Notes under the pieces: model-generated
Databases searched by the model: none
What the model was told of the DNA's origin: nothing
Seen by the model: the letters and a program-made list of their open reading frames with translations, nothing else
NCBI GenBank assembly: GCA_964632125.1
Contig: CAZWEF010000040.1
Location: forward strand, 1 to 15,727
DNA from: an uncultured Erysipelotrichales bacterium
GTDB lineage: Bacteria > Bacillota_I > Bacilli_A > Erysipelotrichales > CAZWEF01
Length of the DNA: 15,727 nucleotides
Reading direction: 5' to 3'
Shown: positions 7,931 to 14,313 of the stretch, piece after piece
Layout: every line of letters starts with the position of its first letter
Position numbering within the stretch: position 1 is the stretch's first letter
Program-made: the position numbers and the translations under genes

Positions 7931-9162
7931 TGAGTGACTATCAAGAACAAATCAAAAAGTTTGATAAAGTAAGAGACTACATACATTCTTTTTACTTATA
8001 TGGCTATAACACACGAGGACAATTCAATGTTAGGAGTACAAGAAGCTACGATAATGAAAAAAGAAGAATAGAAAGTTATTTAGCTGAATACATAACCTAT
8101 ACTAAAGATGAACGAGGTAAACAAATAGCGATTGAAGCAGATTGTGCTACTTTAGATACGAATCCACTTTATCGCGCTTTTAAAGCGAAAAGCTTTACTA
8201 AAAATGATATATCATTGCATTTTTATATCTTTGATTTACTCAAAGAATACCAAGCTTTAAGTGCACCTGAACTCATGATGAAAATGGATGAACATTATAC
8301 AAACTATTTTAATCAACCTATGCTACTAGATTTATCAACTATTAGAAAAAAACTTAATGAGTATGAGTCACTTGGTCTTCTATCAAGTAACAAACAAGGA
8401 AAAAAAGTTGTTTATTCAATCACCAAAGATACGATTGATTTAAATACTGTTCATGACAGCTTATGTTTCTTTTCAGAAGTTTCACCACTAGGTGTTGTTG
8501 GTAACTACTTACTTGATAAGATTGGTAAACAAAATGATGTATTCCGATTTAAACACCACTATATTATGCATGCATTAGAAAGTGAAGTTGTATTAAGTTT
8601 GGTTCAAGCAATGAACCAGAAAAAGAAAATTCGAATTGATGTTCGAAAAAACAGTCAAACAAGTGACATATATGGTGTTCCAATTAAGATATTGATTAGT
8701 GTTCAAACAGGTAGACGCTATTTGTGTTTGTATTACAATAGCCGATTCAGAAACATACGACTCGATCATGTAAAACACGTGACACTCATGAATGAAGTGA
8801 GTCATTATGAAGCCATTCATCTTCGCTATCAGCAATTAGAAGCATTTACTTGGGGTAGTTCATATGGTGATCAAAAAAAGCTTGAACATTTGTCTATTCG
8901 ACTTGCGATTTCTTTTGAAGAGCGCTATATCATCAATCGTATTGAAAATGAAGGAAGACATGGTGTTTTAACCTTTGTTGAAGAAGGTGTGTATCAATAC
9001 GACATTGATGTTTATGATACGATGGAAATGTTGCCTTGGATTCGCACATTCATTGGTAGAATCATTCAACTAGAAGGAACCAACACCCATGTAATCAGTT
9101 TGTTTTATGATGATTTAAATCGAATGTTGGCGATGTATGGCGGTGATCAAGATGTTGTTTAG
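7931..9162 (+). CDS. WYL-domain transcriptional regulator (N-terminal extension, wHTH, WYL, C-terminal extension), first of a tandem pair
   Basis: The RBS GGGGTGA-4nt-ATG supports the start MSDYQEQ.... A winged-HTH-like segment LSAPELMMKMDE...LSTIRKKLNEYESLGLLSSNKQGKKVVYSI resembles HTH_11/DeoR. The WYL-domain pattern KKIRIDVRKNSQTSDIYGVPIKILISVQTGRRYLCLYYNSRFRNIRLDHVKHVTL matches the consensus (i.i.Y....r.v.P..l....WYL......r.FRldRI) with RYL in place of WYL. Confidence 0.7.
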
Positions 9163-10057
9163 TGAAGTTTACAGTGTCTATTACAAGGTGATGGAACACT
9201 TGATTGAGTTATCTCAAACACAACAATTAAATGACCAAATCATGAAAGAAGTGATTGAGAATAATGCTTTTCAAGAAAGTTTTTGGTTTATTTCGAGTTC
9301 AATTAAACAAGAAGAATGGGCACTGATTACAAAAGACTTTCAAACACCACTGCTTCATCAACCCCATCTACCACTAACTGACATCCAGCGTGCTTTTTTA
9401 AAATCAATGTTTTTAGATCAACGTATACAACTATTTATTGATATGCCTAGTTCACTCATAGATGTAGAGCCACTCTATAATCCAAACATGTTTTATACAA
9501 TGGATGTATTTAAAAATGGGGATCCTTACAGTGACCCTCAATACATTGCACACTTTAAAATTATTTTAGAAGCAGTAAAACATTCTAAAGCAATCAAAAT
9601 GATTTATACAAGTGGTAAAGACAAGCGAATCGAAGGTATCTATTTTCCTGATAAGATTGAGTATTCAGCTAAAGAAGATCGTTTTCGTATTTTATGTAAA
9701 AGGCAACACAAAGAATATATCTTCAATATTGCAAGGATTGAATCATTAGTCATAACAAAAGATGTTTATAAACATACTACTTTAATTAAACGTCAACAAG
9801 CATGGATTGAACTTGAGTTGAAAGATTATCGTAATGCATTAGAACGTTTACTCACATCATTTGCTAACTACAAAAAAGAAACAAAACAAATAGATTCACT
9901 AACCTATCGTATTTTGATTACGTATTTTCAATCGGATGAAACCGAACTCTTGATTCGTATTCTATCATTTGGTCCAATGATTAAAGTCTTGGGTCCTGAC
10001 ACGTTTATTCATCAACTAAAAAATCGAATTCATAAACAAATAAAGTTGTGTAACTAA
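9152..10057 (+). CDS. Second WYL-domain protein, overlapping the first by 11 nt; PafC-like partner without a clearly recognisable HTH
   Basis: WYL-domain pattern AIKMIYTSGKDKRIEGIYFPDKIEYSAKEDRFRILCKRQHKEYIFNIARIESLVI matches the consensus (Y....R..P......Y......R.F...RI). RBS GGTGA-5nt-ATG sits at 9152; the ORF-track start at 9137 has no RBS. The stop is embedded in a terminator stem. Confidence 0.6.
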   Translation: MLFSEVYSVYYKVMEHLIELSQTQQLNDQIMKEVIENNAFQESFWFISSSIKQEEWALITKDFQTPLLHQPHLPLTDIQRAFLKSMFLDQRIQLFIDMPSSLIDVEPLYNPNMFYTMDVFKNGDPYSDPQYIAHFKIILEAVKHSKAIKMIYTSGKDKRIEGIYFPDKIEYSAKEDRFRILCKRQHKEYIFNIARIESLVITKDVYKHTTLIKRQQAWIELELKDYRNALERLLTSFANYKKETKQIDSLTYRILITYFQSDETELLIRILSFGPMIKVLGPDTFIHQLKNRIHKQIKLCN

Positions 10058-10077
10058 ATCAGTTCGCAACTTTTTTT
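10042..10077 (+). terminator. Rho-independent terminator closing the WYL gene pair
   Basis: AAAGTTGTG...CGCAACTTT forms a 9-bp stem (one G.U pair) and is followed by TTTTTTT at 10071-10077. Confidence 0.75.
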
Positions 10078-10094
10078 CCACGATAAATCATGTG

Positions 10095-10215
10095 CTATAG
10101 GCTATGATGTAGACACAAGGAAGTTTTGCTTGATGCAAATGTGGTGCCAAAGGTATACCAAATGGTATTCCATCATCCTTGTTTCGCAGGTTCGAGTCCT
10201 GCATGAACCTTTTAA
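10095..10215 (+). ncRNA. Candidate tRNA-like / Y-RNA-like small RNA with a canonical tRNA T-arm; boundaries approximate
   Basis: Positions 10186-10202 read GCAGG-TTCGAGT-CCTGC, a perfect 5-bp stem closing the 7-nt T-loop consensus (T-psi-C-R-A-N-N) found in bona fide tRNAs. Upstream hairpins are TTTGC-TTGAT-GCAAA (10125-10139) and ATACC-AAAT-GGTAT (10155-10168). A long-range pairing joins ATGATG (10104-10109) with CATCAT (10171-10176). The alternative outer helix AGGTTC...GAACCT plus TTTT (10188-10214) can act as an intrinsic 3' end. No complete cloverleaf (acceptor or anticodon arm) could be folded by eye. Confidence 0.4.
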
Positions 10216-10410
10216 GTTCAATTTGGTAAATAAAATAGAAAGTAAAAACAAATGATTCAGACTTGTTCAAATTAAATGATGACCTTGTCCTTGATGGATA
10301 CCGCTCTTAGACTACTTATGCCAAAGTTTACTTCCGAATAAGTACGATAATAACTTAAATCAATGCCGTCATCGTTTAATGAATCATTTAAAACAAAGGA
10401 GGAAATGAAC

Positions 10411-11505
10411 ATGAAAAAAATGATAAAAGAAAATCAAAAAGGATTACTATATCGATATGGAAAACTAACCAAAGTCTTAAACCCTGGTCTTCATAACTAC
10501 TACTTAAGTGGCTACACAGTTGAAGTCATGAATGTTTTTGAACCGTTTAGAAGTGAAACTTTACCTGTAGAAATTGCCATGAACCATGAATTACTAAAAA
10601 GTGAATTAGAATGTATTCAAGTATCGGATGAAATGGTTGTCCTTCATTATATCAATGATCAATTTGCTGCATGTTTAACTAAAGGAACTTATGCATTCTT
10701 TAAAGCTTATCAAAACCATCAATTTCTTACAATATCAATACGAGATAACTATGTAAGTGATGACATGCCAAAACATGTATTTGAATCCATTCCACATGAT
10801 TTGTATCGTCATGAAATCATTGCTGAGTATCAAAAGGGTATTGTAATCATCAATGGTAAAATTGAACGCGTATTAGATAAAGGTCACCATTATTTTTGGC
10901 TTAACCATAATGACTTGGAAATAGTCATCGTTGATACGCGTCTAAAACAAATGGAACTTGTTGGACAAGAACTATTAACACTTGATAAAGTGGCACTTCG
11001 TATTAACTTTGTCTGTCGTTATAAAATTATTGACTACGTTAAACTAGTGACAGAGGTAGAGGACTTTGAAAACATGATGCATGTTACACTGCAACTGGCA
11101 TTAAGAGCGTATGTTGGTAAGTATCGCTTGGATGAAATACTTGAAAACAAAGAAGGTATTGCTTTATATGCTTTTGAAAAACTAAAAGAAAAAGAAGCAT
11201 CATTATATATGCATGTTGAAGATGCTGGAGTAAAAGACATTATCTTACCAGGTGAAATAAGAGAAATCATGAACACTGTATTGATTGCAGAAAAGAAAGC
11301 ACAAGCGAATGTGATCACAAGACGTGAAGAAGTTGCATCAACAAGAAGTTTACTTAATACCGCGAAGTTAATGGATGAAAACAAAACACTGTATAAATTA
11401 AAAGAACTTGAATACGTAGAACGTATTTGTCAAAATGTTAGAGAAATCAATGTTGGAACCCAAAATGATATTCTTACGACAATGACTTCATTATTAAAGG
11501 GGTGA
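10411..11505 (+). CDS. SPFH/band-7 (stomatin/prohibitin-like) domain protein, apparently cytoplasmic (no N-terminal TM helix)
   Basis: The AAGGAGG RBS lies 8 nt before the ATG at 10411 and supports MKKMIKENQKGLLYRYGKLTKVLNPGLHNYYL.... This is the SPFH N-terminal signature (v..ge.gvv.rfGk.....pGlhf..P). A C-terminal coiled-coil-like segment reads ...IAEKKAQANVITRREEVASTRSLLNTAKLMDE. The ORF-track start at 10363 is rejected. Confidence 0.7.
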   Translation: MKKMIKENQKGLLYRYGKLTKVLNPGLHNYYLSGYTVEVMNVFEPFRSETLPVEIAMNHELLKSELECIQVSDEMVVLHYINDQFAACLTKGTYAFFKAYQNHQFLTISIRDNYVSDDMPKHVFESIPHDLYRHEIIAEYQKGIVIINGKIERVLDKGHHYFWLNHNDLEIVIVDTRLKQMELVGQELLTLDKVALRINFVCRYKIIDYVKLVTEVEDFENMMHVTLQLALRAYVGKYRLDEILENKEGIALYAFEKLKEKEASLYMHVEDAGVKDIILPGEIREIMNTVLIAEKKAQANVITRREEVASTRSLLNTAKLMDENKTLYKLKELEYVERICQNVREINVGTQNDILTTMTSLLKG

Positions 11506-11509
11506 AACA

Positions 11510-12280
11510 ATGAAGGAACGTATCCTTGAAGCATTAAAAGAAGTTGAACAAACATATGATGTCAAAGTACTGTTCGCAGTAGAATCAGGAAGCAGAGCTT
11601 GGGGCTTTGCTTCACCTGATAGTGATTATGATGTGCGCTTTGTGTATGTTCATAAATTAAATCATTATCTAAGAGTCGACAAAACTAGAGATGTCATAGA
11701 GCTTCCTATTGCTGATGATTTAGACATCAATGGTTGGGATTTAAAGAAGGCAATGAAACTTATGAGTACATCAAATCCAACCTTATACGAATGGTTAGAC
11801 TCACCAATTGTTTACATGTCTACACCTGAGTTCGAGGTATTAAAGCATAAGCGTTTAGACTTTTATCAACAAAAACCTGGTCTGTACCATTACTTAAATT
11901 ACGCTTATAATAACTATAAACATAATCAAAAACAGGACATGATTAAAGTAAAGCAATACTTTTATGTCTTAAGACCAATCTTAGCATGTCAATGGATCCT
12001 ATCTAATCAAACGCCACCTCCTGTACCATTTGAGCAACTTGTTGAAACAATGTTAGATGAAGATATGAAAGATGTAGTGCGACAATTGATTGTCCTTAAA
12101 ACAAGTAGTATAGAATCGCAATGGATTAAAAGACTTGAGCATATAGATCAGTACATAAATAATCAGTTAACAACATTAAAACAAATAGTTAATGATTTAA
12201 ATTACGTGGAAGTCAACCACAAAGAAGCAATAAATCAATTGTTTCTAGAACTTTTACAAAGGAGAGATGAAGATGATTGA
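11510..12280 (+). CDS. Pol-beta-superfamily minimal nucleotidyltransferase (COG3541-like, the RtcB-associated NTase family)
   Basis: N-terminal motif VLFAVESGSRAWGFASPDSDYDVRFVY is the hG[GS]x9-13DhD nucleotidyltransferase signature. A C-terminal helical domain follows. The gene starts 5 nt after the SPFH stop and overlaps rtcB by 14 nt. Confidence 0.8.
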   Translation: MKERILEALKEVEQTYDVKVLFAVESGSRAWGFASPDSDYDVRFVYVHKLNHYLRVDKTRDVIELPIADDLDINGWDLKKAMKLMSTSNPTLYEWLDSPIVYMSTPEFEVLKHKRLDFYQQKPGLYHYLNYAYNNYKHNQKQDMIKVKQYFYVLRPILACQWILSNQTPPPVPFEQLVETMLDEDMKDVVRQLIVLKTSSIESQWIKRLEHIDQYINNQLTTLKQIVNDLNYVEVNHKEAINQLFLELLQRRDEDD

Positions 12281-13493
12281 AATAAAAGGGAAGTATGCAA
12301 CTGCTCAAATATACTCAAATTTAGTTGATGAACTAGCAATCAAACAACTTCAATTGTTGATTGATCAACCACTATCAAAGGATGCTAAAATTAGAATTAT
12401 GCCAGATGTTCATGCAGGTGCGGGATGCGTGATTGGGTTTACTGCAAACATTCAGGATGTTGTTATTCCAAACATTGTGGGCGTTGATATAGGGTGTGGT
12501 ATGTTGACAATCATGCTCGGACAAAAGAGAATTGATTTAGATAAGCTAGATGCGATTATTCACCAATACATACCAAGTGGGAGAGATGTACATGTGCATC
12601 CATTAGCGAAAGTTGATTTATTATCAAATATTCGATGCTTACCGTATCTAAAGAATGAAAAACGATTTAGTCAAAGTATGGGAACACTTGGTGGGGGTAA
12701 TCATTTCATTGAAGTAAATGTTGATGATGAAGGCAATCATTATTTGGTTATCCATACAGGAAGTCGAAATTTAGGGAAACAAGTAGCTGATTACTATCAA
12801 CATTTAGCAATTGATCAACTAAGTGGTAAAAGTAATTACAAACAAGACTTAAACAATCTCATCGCCGGTTATAAACAACAAAATAAAGAACATTTATTGG
12901 AACAAGCCATTCAAGATTTAAAAGCAGAATATGAGCTTAAAATGGTGAAACACCCAGAGCTTAGCTACTTAACTGGTCAAGGTAAAGCCGATTATTTAAA
13001 TGATATGGGGCTCTGTCAGCAATTTGCAACCCGTAATCGTGAAAAGATTGCTTCAATCATACTTAACCATCTGTTTGAAAAATCTTTGCATGACTTTGAT
13101 TGTTTTGAAACTGTGCATAATTATATTGATTTGACGACAAACATGATACGAAAGGGCGCTGTATCAGCTCAACTAAACGAAATGATCTTGATTCCGATGA
13201 ACATGAGAGACGGAAGTTTACTATGTCTTGGTAAAGGCAATGAGGATTGGAATTGTTCTGCACCTCATGGAGCAGGTAGATTGTATAGTAGGATACAAGC
13301 AAAGAAACAGTTTACATTAGATGAGTATGCTTTGTCAATGAAAGGCATTTATTCGTCAACAATCAACAATCAAACACTAGATGAATGCCCAATGGCTTAT
13401 AAAGATATGAAAGATATTGTCACTAGAATTGAACCAACCGCGACCATTCTTAAAGTGCTAAAACCAATCTATAATTTCAAAGCATCTGACTAA
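12267..13493 (+). CDS. rtcB: RNA 3'-phosphate/2',3'-cyclic phosphate to 5'-OH RNA ligase RtcB
   Basis: 408 aa with all RtcB hallmark metal/GMP-binding motifs in order: MPDVHAGAGCVIGFT, GVDIGCGM, GGGNHFIEV, IHTGSRNLG, ETVHNYID, CSAPHGAGR (the GMP-histidine motif). The start overlaps the NTase stop, indicating translational coupling. Confidence 0.9.
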   Translation: MKMIEIKGKYATAQIYSNLVDELAIKQLQLLIDQPLSKDAKIRIMPDVHAGAGCVIGFTANIQDVVIPNIVGVDIGCGMLTIMLGQKRIDLDKLDAIIHQYIPSGRDVHVHPLAKVDLLSNIRCLPYLKNEKRFSQSMGTLGGGNHFIEVNVDDEGNHYLVIHTGSRNLGKQVADYYQHLAIDQLSGKSNYKQDLNNLIAGYKQQNKEHLLEQAIQDLKAEYELKMVKHPELSYLTGQGKADYLNDMGLCQQFATRNREKIASIILNHLFEKSLHDFDCFETVHNYIDLTTNMIRKGAVSAQLNEMILIPMNMRDGSLLCLGKGNEDWNCSAPHGAGRLYSRIQAKKQFTLDEYALSMKGIYSSTINNQTLDECPMAYKDMKDIVTRIEPTATILKVLKPIYNFKASD

Positions 13494-13514
13494 ACAGTGT
13501 GAACCACTGTTTTT
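13493..13514. terminator. Bidirectional terminator hairpin shared by the convergent rtcB and nudix genes
   Basis: AACAGTG-TGAAC-CACTGTT is a 7-bp stem, followed by TTT on the + strand. It overlaps both stop codons. Confidence 0.6.
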
Positions 13515-14037
13515 AGTCATCATGTTTGTGACAACCATAAAACTTCCTACTATCAAAAAAAAGCTGTATTAGACTTTTATGGTATGGGATAAAGGTACCA
13601 GCATCAATCATTGCAATGATTGTTTCAACACTTGCCCATTTAACTTGTTGAACTTCTTCGTATTGTAATTGTAACTGTTCAATATTAACATCATGTTCAA
13701 TTAAATAAATATCATCAAATCCAACATCAAAATTAATGGTTAAGTGAGGACGAACTTGCTTCAATTCTATCTCCAATCCGATTTCTTCACTTATTTCTCT
13801 TTGAATAGCTTGTTGACTCGTTTCCCCTTCAATCGCGCTACCACCAACTGATATATCCCACATGTTTGGCCAACCTTTTTTGAATGGTTGTCTTTGTTGA
13901 ATCAACATATCATTATTTGAGTTAAACACACAAGCATGAACAACTAAGTGGTATGCGTCTTTATCAAATGGTTGACCGCTCATCATTGTTTTCCCACTTT
14001 TTGTCCGATCATTGTTATAAACATCCCAAAGTTCCAT
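13513..14037 (-). CDS. Nudix hydrolase
   Basis: Nudix box GGSAIEGETSQQAIQREISEEIGLEI matches GX5EX7REUXEEXGU. 174 aa. AAGGA RBS. Confidence 0.85.
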   Translation of the reverse strand: MELWDVYNNDRTKSGKTMMSGQPFDKDAYHLVVHACVFNSNNDMLIQQRQPFKKGWPNMWDISVGGSAIEGETSQQAIQREISEEIGLEIELKQVRPHLTINFDVGFDDIYLIEHDVNIEQLQLQYEEVQQVKWASVETIIAMIDAGTFIPYHKSLIQLFFDSRKFYGCHKHDD

Positions 14038-14233
14038 CTAATCCATCCTTTCTTTTGGTTCAAAAAACCCCCTATATAAAAGGTCACATAGGGGTTATAT
14101 TACACATTTAAGGATAACATATATTTTTCAGTCATACAAACAATTACTTACTATCAATTTAAGTACAATTGTAAGCATTTCTTATTTACTAGATGAAAGA
14201 AGTAGGTTAGTATTATTGAAATCTATAAAGGGC

Positions 14234-14253
14234 ATGGACTTTTAAAAGTCCAT
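14234..14253. promoter_or_regulatory. 20-bp perfect palindrome ATGGACTTTT|AAAAGTCCAT, candidate operator at the -35 region of the surface-protein promoter
   Basis: Exact reverse-complement symmetry. It ends 7 bp upstream of an extended -10 (TGtTAAAAT at 14260-14268). The ATG lies at 14314 with RBS AAGGAAGGTGA. Confidence 0.5.
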
Positions 14254-14313
14254 AAAATGTGTTAAAATAGGGAAGGATATTTTAAAAAATAATAAAATAA
14301 GGAAGGTGATAAA

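Noticed and set aside
10095-10215. Calling a canonical tRNA gene
   Set aside because: Only the T-arm is canonical. No 7-bp acceptor stem partner (GGTTCAT) or anticodon arm could be found, and no CCA is encoded. It is therefore reported as tRNA-like ncRNA or remnant, not as a tRNA.
10088-10270. 60-aa minus-strand ORF from the ORF track, overlapping the tRNA-like element
   Set aside because: It has no RBS. It lies antisense to a highly structured region with a canonical T-arm. Its composition is typical of a spurious ORF in AT-rich DNA. The region is better explained as a non-coding RNA or regulatory leader.
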